From NCBI GenBank assembly GCA_963681965.1, contig OY820579.1:1600001-1664000 (forward strand): a stretch of DNA of 64,000 nt, written 5' to 3'. This stretch comes from a bacterium (GTDB lineage: Bacteria; Electryoneota; JAOADG01). Numbering within the stretch: position 1 is the stretch's first letter; the number at the start of each line of letters is the position of its first letter. The position numbers and the translations under genes were made by a program. Below the pieces are notes generated by a model. That model ran no database searches. It was given only the letters and a program-made list of their open reading frames with translations, and was not told where the DNA came from. Below are positions 29,290 through 39,633 of the stretch, one piece after another.

Positions 29290-30393
29290 TTAATAATGAA
29301 GTTTGATGTTTGATTCTTCTATGGCAAGAATTCTTGATTTTAATTTTTCTAATACATCTTTCTGCTCTTCATTTAAATCCTTTACTATATCTACACTTAA
29401 TGTTGACAATATTTTCTCAGTACGAATTACTTCCATTAACCAGTCAGTTTTATGGAAAAGCTCTAGCATTGTTAAAGCGTTAGAAAGTGAACCATCTTTA
29501 CTTCTAAATTTGCTTAAGGCAGTTGGTTCACCAATTATTTTTGATAGTTCGCGGATGCTATGTGCAGTTGGTAATTTTTTCTCTTCTGAAAGTTGTCCAT
29601 TATCTTGTATCTCACCTAGAATCCAAGTAAAAAACTCATGTAATTTGTCTTTCTGTTTAAATTCTCGGGTTTCATCATCCCATTCAAGCCAATTTTTTAC
29701 TGAAGGTTGTTTAAAAACTTCTTCAAAATAACTGTAATGACTCGGTTCAACGAATTCTCCAAATTCTTCATCCTGTTTCATTTGTTCTAGGGCGTTGAAT
29801 GATCGCCATAAAAGATTCGCCGCCCGAGTTGATAACCCTAGACTTTGGGCAGCGATCTGTGGACTTTCTCCACGCTTTCTAAGTTCTGCAATAGTTCTAG
29901 CTTTTTGATAAGCACCCCATTCTCTTATACCTGAAACATGTCGTAATCCAGGAAGAATCCACCTAGAGTTCTCAGGTGCATCGTCTACTAATAGAAGTGC
30001 TTCAAAATTTGTATAATTACGGATTTGTTCATCACTAAGATCAGATCGACCTGTTTCATGCAATTCCATTAGCCATTTCAAAGCAGTAATTCTTCTATTT
30101 CCCTCAACAACTACATATTTATCTGTTGGATTTTTTCCCGCCCATTTTCTTACTACTAACCTATCCATTGGAAGAAACCCGAGATTATATATTGTATCTC
30201 GTAATTCTGCCACTTCAAACCGTTTGTCTTTCATTCGCTCAAATGTACTTGATTGAACTTTATCCTCTTCAAATCGACGCTCAGGTATTAAATCAAATTC
30301 TTGTCCTAATTCAGCGAATCGGGGATTATTAGGATCTAATAGTAATTTTTCTAAAGATAAATTGATTGGTTTTAAAAAACTCGTTAATAGCAT
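29290..30393 (-). CDS. ParB/Srx N-terminal domain protein with a following HTH-like region
   Basis: LLLDPNNPRF, YVVVEGNRRITALK (GxxRR) and RHVSGIREW..YQKA motifs; HTH-like SPQIAAQSLGLSTRAA; AGGAG RBS; AT-rich. Confidence 0.75.
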   Translation of the reverse strand: MLLTSFLKPINLSLEKLLLDPNNPRFAELGQEFDLIPERRFEEDKVQSSTFERMKDKRFEVAELRDTIYNLGFLPMDRLVVRKWAGKNPTDKYVVVEGNRRITALKWLMELHETGRSDLSDEQIRNYTNFEALLLVDDAPENSRWILPGLRHVSGIREWGAYQKARTIAELRKRGESPQIAAQSLGLSTRAANLLWRSFNALEQMKQDEEFGEFVEPSHYSYFEEVFKQPSVKNWLEWDDETREFKQKDKLHEFFTWILGEIQDNGQLSEEKKLPTAHSIRELSKIIGEPTALSKFRSKDGSLSNALTMLELFHKTDWLMEVIRTEKILSTLSVDIVKDLNEEQKDVLEKLKSRILAIEESNIKLHY

Positions 30394-30576
30394 AACACAT
30401 CTCCTTAATAAATATTTACTAATATTGATTTAGTGTGAACTAATGAAAATATATACTTTATTGTTGTCAATCCAACTTAAAGTATAACTGGTTAAAAAAA
30501 TACTTTGTGAATATAGAAGTTTAATGTTGATTTAATATATTGCGATTAACATTCAAAGTCAACTTTTATTCAGATT

Positions 30577-30603
30577 ACAGGCGCCCCTTTCGGAGCGCCT
30601 GTG
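30577..30603 (-). terminator. Probable degP terminator hairpin
   Basis: ACAGGCGC...GCGCCTGT inverted repeat just downstream of the degP stop; weak T-tail. Confidence 0.5.
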
Positions 30604-30629
30604 GTTTGTGTACTGCCTGTCGGAAAAGA

Positions 30630-32138
30630 TTATTTCGGTGTGACGGTCACGTAAGTCTTGGTGTCGCCCCGCTGGATGCGGAACAGGATCGCTTCGGACT
30701 GATTCTTCAGTTCGCCGGTCACCTTCCGCCAGTCGGCAAGATTCTCGATCTTCTTGCGGTCGACTTCAATAATGACATCCCCTTCGCGCAAGCGATTGTC
30801 CGCCGGTGAATCGTCTTCAATGCGCGTGATGACCACGCCGTTATCGGCAGTGATGCGGAGCTGACGCGCGCGAGTCGATCCGGCTTCGGTCACTTCGATG
30901 CCGAGCCAATTCTTCTCATTGTCGCGGTCCTTCACCGTTCCTTTGCCCGACGCGGCAATGTACTCGCTACGGTCGCCAAGGATAATCTCATACTTCTTGG
31001 TGTCGCCGTCACGCCAAATATCGACCTTCAACTTGTCGCCGGGGAAATGATCGGCTACAAAGAGGCGGAACTGTGTCGGATCGGTAAAGGTCTTCCCTTC
31101 GATCCTGGTAATGACGTCGCCGCTGTGCAGCCCGGCTTTGTCGGCAGGGGTGTTTTCCTGCACGTTGTCAAGGAAGATACCGGTGACGCTCTTGGGCGCT
31201 TTCATCGCGGCGCGTTTCTCATCGTCGAATGCGGTCGGCACGAGTCCAAGATATCCGCGCTCAACTTTCCCCTTAGCGTGAAGTTGCGCCATCACACGCT
31301 GTGCAAGATTCGACGGGATGGCAAAGCCGATGCCCTGCCCCTGCGTATTGACGGCGGAATTGATGCCGACGACTTCGCCGTGGATGTTACAGAGTGGTCC
31401 GCCGGAATTGCCGAAATTGATCGATGCATCGGTCTGAATGAAGTCCTGAAACGACGGACCACCGCCGGCAATCGGGAGATTCGAACGTCCTTTCGCACTG
31501 ATGACGCCGACAGTGACTGTCCAATCGAGACCGAACGGGTTGCCGATCGCAATTGCCCACTCGCCGACGCGCAATTTCTCGCTGTCTGCCCACTTCGCCA
31601 CGCGGTCTTCCGGAAATGTCTCTTTCACTTTGATCAATGCGAGATCGGTTTCAGGATCGCGCCCGACAATTTCCGCCGATAGTTCGGTGTCGTCGGTGAA
31701 TTTAACGGTGATTTTATCTGCCTTCTCGACGACGTGATTGTTGGTCATGATCAAGCCGTCGGTACCGACGATGAAGCCGCTGCCGCCCGACTGTGTCTTC
31801 GGGGCTTTGCGCTTCTGCTTGTTCTGCGGGGTCTGCTCGTCGTCAAACGGGTTGAACGGATCGAATAAATTAAAGGGGTGGAAGTCCATCAACGGTTCTT
31901 CGGAGCCTTTTTTCTCGACCTGAATATTGACGACAATTGGTTTCATTTTTTCGGCAATCGCGACAAACGGCGATTCGCCATTGGCAATTATGTTCGACGC
32001 GGGAACTGCGCTGGCGACCCGATCCCAGCCATTCGACGCGGTAAACAACACGCCGGCAAGAAATCCGGCAGTGACGAACAGCGATAACGCAGCAATCCAG
32101 CGGTAACGGTTTTGTGTCGAACGGTTGTGTTTTTCCAT
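30630..32138 (-). CDS. degP: Do/DegP (HtrA) serine endoprotease with two PDZ domains
   Basis: GSGFIV, TNNHVV, DLALIK, AIGNPFGL, QTDASINFGNSGGPL and RGYLG motifs. Confidence 0.93.
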   Translation of the reverse strand: MEKHNRSTQNRYRWIAALSLFVTAGFLAGVLFTASNGWDRVASAVPASNIIANGESPFVAIAEKMKPIVVNIQVEKKGSEEPLMDFHPFNLFDPFNPFDDEQTPQNKQKRKAPKTQSGGSGFIVGTDGLIMTNNHVVEKADKITVKFTDDTELSAEIVGRDPETDLALIKVKETFPEDRVAKWADSEKLRVGEWAIAIGNPFGLDWTVTVGVISAKGRSNLPIAGGGPSFQDFIQTDASINFGNSGGPLCNIHGEVVGINSAVNTQGQGIGFAIPSNLAQRVMAQLHAKGKVERGYLGLVPTAFDDEKRAAMKAPKSVTGIFLDNVQENTPADKAGLHSGDVITRIEGKTFTDPTQFRLFVADHFPGDKLKVDIWRDGDTKKYEIILGDRSEYIAASGKGTVKDRDNEKNWLGIEVTEAGSTRARQLRITADNGVVITRIEDDSPADNRLREGDVIIEVDRKKIENLADWRKVTGELKNQSEAILFRIQRGDTKTYVTVTPK

Positions 32139-32213
32139 TAGAATATCCTCCGATTTTCCTCTTGGTCATTCATTCAGATTGTGATACGTGGATTTTTCGG
32201 AAAAGTTCCCGGA

Positions 32214-34631
32214 TCAGGGGAGAGACATCTGAACAACGCGGAATCCGCGATTGAGGTCGGTCATATACAGCAAGTTGCCGTCGGCTTCGACATCGGACGC
32301 CGTCTCAGTAGTACCGATCCGGCAACAGAATACCGGTTGCGACGGTCGGGCGATGTTGTATACAGCGACACCGTTGAAGTTGCAGGCGAGATATAAATAA
32401 TTGTCGAAAACGCGGTTTTTCAGAATATAATCGTTGAGTGGAATGTTGATCAGTTCGACTGGTTGTGCCGGCACTGAGACATCGTAGGCACGGAACCCAT
32501 CGGTACCGTAACCGACATAGGCAACATGATTGTGCACGGCAACGCTGCTGCAGAAGCCACTGGAGTTTGCTGGAATAACACTAAAGACGCGACGCGGGCG
32601 ATCGGGCGACGAGCAATCGATAATCCGGAAGCCACCGGCACCGTATGCGAGATAGACGAAACTCCCTTCCACGGCAAATTGCTGCGGCGCGGCAAATTGA
32701 AGATCCTCGGTGTATTCACCGACGAATGTGGGATTGGCGTAATTGTGGAAATTGACGATCTGCAATCCATGAACGTAATCGAGAATATATCCGAGGGTTC
32801 CCACCATGATTATCGAAATCGCCGATCCGGTCGAGCTATACGACCCGACAATTCGCGGCTCCGCTGGATTTCCCACGGCAACAATTTGGATTCCCGATCC
32901 GCTGTTGGCGCAATAGAGTGTATCGTCTCGATAAAATACATCTTTTGTCCACGCGGGCAGAGCTAAACTTGCAACCAATTGTGGAGTTGTGGAATACGCG
33001 ACATTTACAACTTTCAGACCGTTAATTTCGGAAGCAAGATAAACGTAGGTTCGGTCGCGAACGATCGAAACCGGACTTCCAACCGTGCTAAGCGATCCGA
33101 CTTCGAGCGCGGATGAAGTCGTCATCGCAAACGATACGTTCGATGGAGCGGATTGGAGCTCGTTGTTTACTGCACAGACCCGGTAACCGTAAGTCGTATT
33201 CGGTTGCGGCGAAGAATCGTCGGCATCGTCGAGATGCGGTCCGACGTAGCGGAGGGTGGCGAATGCGCCATCGTAACCGACACAGCGTTGTATCATGAAT
33301 CCGGTTTCATTAGTGGAATGGATCTGCCATGAGAGCGTGATGCGATTGGAAGCTACCGATCGTGCCACCAGATTGGTCGGTGCTGCCGGGATCTCTGCCG
33401 ACGTGGTGGTTGAATCGATATTGGAATATTCCGAGAAACCGATCGCATTGATTGCACATACTCGATAAAAGTATCGGGTCGATGGCACGCAATTGGAATC
33501 GAGCCATTCGGTACTGTTTGCCGGAGGATAGCCCACAGGCATGAATGCCGACCACGAGGCGCGTCGTTCGATCCGGAAACTGTCTTCGTTAGTCGAATTG
33601 TCGTGCCAAGCCAAGTGCACCGAGAATGGTGTATAGGCGAGTGCTACCAGATAGCTCGGGGGATCGGGTGTGACATTCGAGGAATGAATAGTGATACTGT
33701 TGCTTAATTCGGATCGACCGTTCGCATTATAAGCGATTACGGCAAAATCGTAGGAGGTAACCGGAGCGATGGTGATATCGTGAAAGACGGTTTGATCGCG
33801 ACCGGATTGTCCAACTGCTGCGAATGTATCGGTACCCGTGACGCGACGCATGATCAGGAACCCATCTTCGATGGCAGTGTTATCCTGCCACTGTAAGCCA
33901 ACATAATGCGGTGCGATCGAATCGGAGCGGAGCATTGACGGTGCATCGGGAATCGGATTGGCGGTATTCGTGCGGGCTTCGGTAGAATATCCGGAACTAC
34001 CGGATTGATTGAAGGCGCTGATGCTGTAAGTGTAAATTCGACCGGCAGCAACGGTAGAGTCAAGGTATGAACGGGCAGTACCAATGACGTTTGCAAGTGG
34101 CAGATACGATCCGTTCAGCACTTTTCGAACAATGCGAAAGGAATCATTTTGGGATGCGGTGCTGCTCCAGTTGAGTCGTACTTTCGGTCCGGCAATAGCA
34201 GTTGCTACAAGGTTTTCCGGTGTGTTTGGAATTGCCGGGAAAGTAATCGAGGATAGCTCGGTAGATGGTAGTGAAACTAAATCGCCATGATAGGCGAGCA
34301 TACGATAGCGATACGACGTACCGGCTTGTAAAAGCGAATCGGTGATTGATCGACGATTGGAAGGAATCCAGCTTGATCGTTGAAAAGTAGTGTCACTGCC
34401 CAGTGCGCGTTCATAATAAAAACCGTCGATTTGTTCGGTAACGAAACTCCAATCGAGTTTAATGCGATTGGGGGAGATTGATCGAATTGAATCGAGGGTG
34501 GGAGCATGAGGAGGTACATTGACGACGACATCGGCTAGTTTGTCGGTTTTACAACCGATCAATGTCAGGAAAACGGAAATTGAAATAAACAATCCAAGTA
34601 GTAAACCGCGGGTCATTGCATCATTCCTCAT
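32214..34631 (-). CDS. Lipoprotein with tandem Fn3 domains and C-terminal LVIVD repeats
   Basis: Lipobox LIGC; about five W.DNS.NE.GF...Y.YRV.A.N Fn3 units; YLA....GL.VV.V..P..P repeats. Confidence 0.8.
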   Translation of the reverse strand: MRNDAMTRGLLLGLFISISVFLTLIGCKTDKLADVVVNVPPHAPTLDSIRSISPNRIKLDWSFVTEQIDGFYYERALGSDTTFQRSSWIPSNRRSITDSLLQAGTSYRYRMLAYHGDLVSLPSTELSSITFPAIPNTPENLVATAIAGPKVRLNWSSTASQNDSFRIVRKVLNGSYLPLANVIGTARSYLDSTVAAGRIYTYSISAFNQSGSSGYSTEARTNTANPIPDAPSMLRSDSIAPHYVGLQWQDNTAIEDGFLIMRRVTGTDTFAAVGQSGRDQTVFHDITIAPVTSYDFAVIAYNANGRSELSNSITIHSSNVTPDPPSYLVALAYTPFSVHLAWHDNSTNEDSFRIERRASWSAFMPVGYPPANSTEWLDSNCVPSTRYFYRVCAINAIGFSEYSNIDSTTTSAEIPAAPTNLVARSVASNRITLSWQIHSTNETGFMIQRCVGYDGAFATLRYVGPHLDDADDSSPQPNTTYGYRVCAVNNELQSAPSNVSFAMTTSSALEVGSLSTVGSPVSIVRDRTYVYLASEINGLKVVNVAYSTTPQLVASLALPAWTKDVFYRDDTLYCANSGSGIQIVAVGNPAEPRIVGSYSSTGSAISIIMVGTLGYILDYVHGLQIVNFHNYANPTFVGEYTEDLQFAAPQQFAVEGSFVYLAYGAGGFRIIDCSSPDRPRRVFSVIPANSSGFCSSVAVHNHVAYVGYGTDGFRAYDVSVPAQPVELINIPLNDYILKNRVFDNYLYLACNFNGVAVYNIARPSQPVFCCRIGTTETASDVEADGNLLYMTDLNRGFRVVQMSLP

Positions 34632-34665
34632 TTTAACGCGGTGGATGAATTCGTTTTGCTGAATC

Positions 34666-36396
34666 CTACTTTACTAAACTGATGCGCGTAGTTTGTCCAT
34701 TTTCAAAGCGCAGAAAATAGTTTCCCGCCGGGAGATTAATTGCTTGAAAATACGCACGCGACGAACGTGACGCTACTGGGATTGTAGCAATTGTGCGACC
34801 GGTGATGTCGAATACTTGAATCTTCCGGGTTTTGGATTCTGGTGCAAAGAAAAGCACAACCGATGGATTGAACGGATTGGGAAACGCGCGAATGGTGTAG
34901 CGCTCGGGTAGTTGTGCCGGAGTACATCCTCCCGGAGGACAGGGAATAACATTCAGTAACCGGGCAGAATCGACTGCTGCTGCGATATTCGGAACTCCCC
35001 AACCAAACAGGGTATCGGGGTGATTCGCTTGACTGGCAGTTGCCTTCATAATGCCCATCAATTGCATCGGACTTAGTGCAGGATTGGCTGAAAGTACGAC
35101 TGCGCATGCACCTGCTACGATCGGCGTGGAGAAACTCGTTCCGGTGCCACTGGTAATCGTTTGCGAGTTGTTGGGATTGAGTGTGGTAGTCTGAACGCCG
35201 CAAGCGACGAGATCGGGTTTGATTCGACCGTCGTACGTCGGTCCGCGGCTTGAGAAGCCTGCATATAGCGAATCGTAACTGACTGCACCGATACAGAGCA
35301 TCGAGTCGGCGTCGGAAGGGCAACTAACCCACGGAACCGAATCCCACCCGTGATTGCCGGATGAGTTAACCACCAGCACTCCCCGTGAAGCGGCAAGTGA
35401 TGCGGCGCGAGAGGAAGCGGCAGTCTGACCGTCGCGGACATTGTAAGGGAGCCATGCGACCCATGAAACTGAACTACTGACGATATCGACACCCAACCGT
35501 TCCATCCACTCCAAACCGGCTACCCAATAATCCTCCTCGGCGGGAAAATCGGCACCGGCTGCTTGTTCGGTTTTCGCAAGCAATACCGATACTCGTGGTG
35601 CAGCTCCGATGTACAGACCCGGTAAGTAACCGGCAATACAGCACAGCGTCATTGCGCCATGGGAACCGTCGCCATTGTCGCCGTGATTCGTAACCAGTGA
35701 ATCGTTATTCAGAAAATCGTGCGTAGCGACGATGTGCAGGCTGTCGAATAAGATGTGATAAGAATTGGTATCTTCCGGGGTATAACTGCGACAAAGACGA
35801 CTGAAGCCGGCATCGATGACGCCTAGCAACACACCTTGACCGGTGTAGCCTTGAGAGTGTGCCGCGATCAGATTGATCTGTTGCAGTTGGCGATACGAAT
35901 AGTTGTAATCGGCGGAATCCCATTGAATGCGCGCATGATTTTTAAATGGTGAATTGCTCGGTCGTGTATCCAAAGGCGATGTCGAAGATTCTAGTGACAG
36001 CTCTGGAAGCTTTCGCGGTAGTGGTTGCACTTTTACAACAAACGGGAGTGCTTCAAGCGATCTGACTTGGTCGTATGAGCCTTGGACGCTAACGGCACGT
36101 AACATGCGCGATTCGACGACAATTGAAAATCCTCGAGATCGAATGGAATCGAGTAAATTTTGCGGTAACGGGAGATCGAATTCATCGACAAGTTGATCGG
36201 AACTGCGGACTTTGGCTCGACGAGCTAGAGCACGCTCGGATAAATTCCCGCTACCTTTATTGATTTCGATCGCTAATTGTTCGGAGGAATATTGTGGTTC
36301 ACGCAGAAATACCCAACAGCGATCATGATTGTCCGCTAATGCAATACGAACTGCGATCAGGATGAAGATCATGCTTGCGAATCGATAGAATTTCAT
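34666..36396 (-). CDS. S8 subtilase with T9SS/FlgD-type C-terminal sorting domain
   Basis: VIDAGF, HGAMTL, GRIKPD and GTSFSTP catalytic motifs; C-terminal FPNPFNP...FDITGR...LPAGNYF...LVK. Confidence 0.9.
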   Translation of the reverse strand: MKFYRFASMIFILIAVRIALADNHDRCWVFLREPQYSSEQLAIEINKGSGNLSERALARRAKVRSSDQLVDEFDLPLPQNLLDSIRSRGFSIVVESRMLRAVSVQGSYDQVRSLEALPFVVKVQPLPRKLPELSLESSTSPLDTRPSNSPFKNHARIQWDSADYNYSYRQLQQINLIAAHSQGYTGQGVLLGVIDAGFSRLCRSYTPEDTNSYHILFDSLHIVATHDFLNNDSLVTNHGDNGDGSHGAMTLCCIAGYLPGLYIGAAPRVSVLLAKTEQAAGADFPAEEDYWVAGLEWMERLGVDIVSSSVSWVAWLPYNVRDGQTAASSRAASLAASRGVLVVNSSGNHGWDSVPWVSCPSDADSMLCIGAVSYDSLYAGFSSRGPTYDGRIKPDLVACGVQTTTLNPNNSQTITSGTGTSFSTPIVAGACAVVLSANPALSPMQLMGIMKATASQANHPDTLFGWGVPNIAAAVDSARLLNVIPCPPGGCTPAQLPERYTIRAFPNPFNPSVVLFFAPESKTRKIQVFDITGRTIATIPVASRSSRAYFQAINLPAGNYFLRFENGQTTRISLVK

Positions 36397-36445
36397 CCCA
36401 GCCTCGTTTTCGTCCCAAATACAATGTTGTTGGTGACAGTGATTG

Positions 36446-38389
36446 TCACATGAATATTTCTTTCGACATCAGGATCAATAACAAAATGAATAACAGCAGT
36501 AAGAAGAATTTAATCCAGCCATAATTCCGTTTGCTCCAATCTCCGATCGCTTTCGAAGTAACACCATTATAAGCTAAGAAAAAGATCAACAACAAGGGAG
36601 CGGTAAAGAGTAAATTGTAAATTACTAGATAGAGCCACGCTTGCCCGCTGAGTTCGGGATCTTTCAGCAACATTACAATGGTGGGTAGATAAACCTGACC
36701 GGTACATACGGCTTCGAATAAAGTAACTAGAAATCCAATAACAATCGATCCTAGCGCTAACTTTCCGGGTTTGACATGATCGCGCATAATCGCGTGAATA
36801 CGCTTTTTATAGCTGTCAGGTAGTTGAAGGATTGCCTCGCTGGGTGGTGCGCCGTTCAAATACGACCAGATATCGCGAATTGTCAGCAGGGTTAGAACCA
36901 AGAGCAAGACTGCCGTCAAGATGAAAATTACTTGAGCGACGAAGTGGTAAGTTGATAAACGGGTGAGAATTCCGAATGCGCCAACTCCCATTAACAAGTA
37001 TGTGAGAAATACCGTTGTCGAGAAGCAAATCCCGACGATCAGCAAATCTCGCTTCTTTCCACCAACATACGTTATCATCGAGAGGAAAAAGATCAAAGTT
37101 GCAAAAGCGCAAGGATTGATACCGTCCAGCAGACCAGCCGACACAAGCGTCCAAAAGGTTACACTTCGCAATTTGGAACGGAGTATTTCCATTGGTGGTT
37201 GTGGTAGTTCTTCTTCTTCGATATTGTGATTGAGTGTACTGTTGATACTGAGGATCAATGAATCGAGCGAGACGTAATCAGTAAAATTCACATCTCCGAC
37301 TGTCAGCAAGAACGGGTTTCCGCGAACTTTCCGCTGCTGTTGAATCGTGATATACCGAGCCAATCCACTATCGGTTTCCGTCAGATAATGTTTGACAATG
37401 ACACGCCCACCGAAAGTGAGAGCTATCTCTTCGATTTTCTTGGTTGCTTTCAGGCAAATCGCGCAGGTGGCAGAATGGAAATATTGCAGGGTTAATGGCT
37501 GCTGTAACCGCGCTTTCCACTCACTTTCTGTCACCTCGGGTGGAACCCATTTTTCGCCGCGAAGTACTGCGGAAATACTATCGAAAGCGCGCTCAGTCAA
37601 ATCCCCCGGTCGCCAAATGGCATTAGTGTCGGTAAACAAATCGTGATTAGTTTCCTCGGACGATCCAATATGAGTGGTATCGATTGTAGTGGGTTCAAAG
37701 GCTCTACGACCGTAATTCAGTAATGCATCTTTAAATACACTTTGCAATGAATCGGGGAGAGAATGGAGCAGTGAATCCAGTCGAGGGTCGGTCATCAATT
37801 CTTTTGCTTGACGTTCCCGTTCGTCATTCTCCCGATCTTCGCGCGAAATTGAGTCCATCGGTCCCGGTCGGGGCGTGGACATCATTGGTCCTTCTTGTCG
37901 CCCCTCGAACATTTCCGGAGGAAGTGGCGGGGCGGGATTGGTCCCGCCTTGTTCGTCGGTCCAGACGACTTTAATCGGTAGTCGAAGGATCGGTCGAACA
38001 GGATCGTCGGAAAGAAGGTAGATACTTGATCCATAATAACCCCGGTCGGTCGATTCCGTTCGAAGTATTATTGTCAATGGGATAGATGATTTACCGGGCA
38101 GTTCTTTCGGCATTCCCGATACTTGAAGACAAGGACAGGCAGCTTGCCATTGATCAAGCATTCGAGTATCGGAGCCGATGTTGCGCAATGGAACTCGTTG
38201 GGTGTATTCCCGTCCGGCAACTTTCGATCCGAAATCAAGGGTATCGGCATCGATTCCCCAGATTAGAAAAGGTTTGGATTGGGCGAAGAGCGAACCAGCC
38301 GACAACAAAACTAACAGAAGAAGAAACAATCTTTTTCTAGTTGGATTAAAACATTCGCAATTCACATCTCGATTTCGTATCATAACCAT
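36446..38389 (-). CDS. DUF1573-like Ig domain + thioredoxin-like CxxC domain + CcdA/DsbD-type membrane domain (start uncertain)
   Basis: DFG...RNIG...AACPC; FHSATCAIC; AGLLDGINPCAF and FEAVCTGQVYLP transmembrane motifs. Confidence 0.75.
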   Translation of the reverse strand: MVMIRNRDVNCECFNPTRKRLFLLLLVLLSAGSLFAQSKPFLIWGIDADTLDFGSKVAGREYTQRVPLRNIGSDTRMLDQWQAACPCLQVSGMPKELPGKSSIPLTIILRTESTDRGYYGSSIYLLSDDPVRPILRLPIKVVWTDEQGGTNPAPPLPPEMFEGRQEGPMMSTPRPGPMDSISREDRENDERERQAKELMTDPRLDSLLHSLPDSLQSVFKDALLNYGRRAFEPTTIDTTHIGSSEETNHDLFTDTNAIWRPGDLTERAFDSISAVLRGEKWVPPEVTESEWKARLQQPLTLQYFHSATCAICLKATKKIEEIALTFGGRVIVKHYLTETDSGLARYITIQQQRKVRGNPFLLTVGDVNFTDYVSLDSLILSINSTLNHNIEEEELPQPPMEILRSKLRSVTFWTLVSAGLLDGINPCAFATLIFFLSMITYVGGKKRDLLIVGICFSTTVFLTYLLMGVGAFGILTRLSTYHFVAQVIFILTAVLLLVLTLLTIRDIWSYLNGAPPSEAILQLPDSYKKRIHAIMRDHVKPGKLALGSIVIGFLVTLFEAVCTGQVYLPTIVMLLKDPELSGQAWLYLVIYNLLFTAPLLLIFFLAYNGVTSKAIGDWSKRNYGWIKFFLLLLFILLLILMSKEIFM

Positions 38390-38412
38390 CTTATCATCCT
38401 GCAGAGATATCC

Positions 38413-39486
38413 TTGAATAGTATCGTTGAACTAATTGTAGCAAGTTGGTCAATCCTTTTGGATTCTGGGATTTGGCTATTACTCGGTTTTGCCATCGCCG
38501 GGTTATTCCATGTATTACTTCCGGTTAAGGTGATAGCTAAATACTTAACTGGTAATGGATTTAAGTCAACCCTATCAGCAGTAATTCTGGGTGCGCCAAT
38601 GCCGCTCTGTTCCTGCTCAGTGATTCCCGTTGCCAAAGCACTTCGCGATGGTGGTGCCAGTCGTGGTGCCACCACGGGATTTTTGATTTCCGCCCCCGAG
38701 ACTGGCGCCGACACAATTGCACTCTCCTGGGCATTGCTCGGACCGATCTGGGTGATAGCCCGACCGATTGCGGCGATTGTCACGGCATTAACTGCTGGTA
38801 TCCTCCAACCTAAAGATGGTACGTCAGAACGTGAACGGCAAGAGATCGAGAACCAACCGGACGATTGTTGCTGCGATGATTGTCATTGTGGGTCGGTTGA
38901 GGCGCCCACGATTCCAGAATCTTCTAAGAATAAATGGTATCTTCAAGTAAAACAAGCATTGAAATATGGTTTTATTGATCTTCCCAGCGATCTTGCCCGC
39001 TACTTGCTGCCGGGTATTCTTATTGCCGGGGTGATCGCTTATCTCTGTCCTCCCGCTTCATTAGCGACCTACGGTCACGGTTTTCCGACTTATTTGGCGG
39101 CGATGTTGATCGGTTTACCACTCTATATTTGTTCTTCAGCCAGTACACCGTTAGCGGCGTCACTACTCGCGGCGGGGGTTGCACCAGGACCTATACTGGT
39201 CTTTCTGTTGACTGGTCCGGCGAGTAACGTAGCAAGTTTCGGTGCCGTCCGTAAAATGCTCGGTTTACCCGGTTTTATCATACAACTCATCGCGATCTGC
39301 GGTGTTGCGCTGCTTTGTGGATTCGCGTTCGATGCGCTTTTTATTCAAAAACCGGAATGGTTTTCTATTCCTCAAATAACGTCCTCGGAAGAATCGATCA
39401 CATTGTATCACATCGTTGGCGCTGTCTTAGTTCTTGTTCTCTTAGTTATGGGATTAATTCGCGACTTAGTCTATCACAAACGCTAA
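38413..39486 (+). CDS. DUF318/ArsP-like permease (SO_0444-type metal efflux family)
   Basis: GAPMPLCSCSVIP, FLISAPETGAD and PLYICSSAS.P motifs; Cys/His-rich loop DDCCCDDCHC. Confidence 0.8.
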   Translation: MNSIVELIVASWSILLDSGIWLLLGFAIAGLFHVLLPVKVIAKYLTGNGFKSTLSAVILGAPMPLCSCSVIPVAKALRDGGASRGATTGFLISAPETGADTIALSWALLGPIWVIARPIAAIVTALTAGILQPKDGTSERERQEIENQPDDCCCDDCHCGSVEAPTIPESSKNKWYLQVKQALKYGFIDLPSDLARYLLPGILIAGVIAYLCPPASLATYGHGFPTYLAAMLIGLPLYICSSASTPLAASLLAAGVAPGPILVFLLTGPASNVASFGAVRKMLGLPGFIIQLIAICGVALLCGFAFDALFIQKPEWFSIPQITSSEESITLYHIVGAVLVLVLLVMGLIRDLVYHKR

Positions 39487-39633
39487 ATCTTCGTGTTCTT
39501 GAAGAATTTCACTACTTACACGCTGGATGATGTTCCAGCGTTTCCGTTTTCAATCGGAAATTGTAAATATTATCTTAAAGCACTTAAATCAGTAAGTCAC
39601 AGTAACTGAATTTTGATCTTCCGAGAGCATTCC

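Noticed and set aside
29290-30393. Chromosome or plasmid partition ParB
   Set aside because: There is no adjacent parA and I saw no parS-like palindrome; the LDPNNPRF/EGNRR subtype and coupling to a nuclease differ from Spo0J.
39487-39633. Lysine riboswitch upstream of lysF
   Set aside because: The spacer is short and AT-rich with no recognisable L-box elements or terminator.
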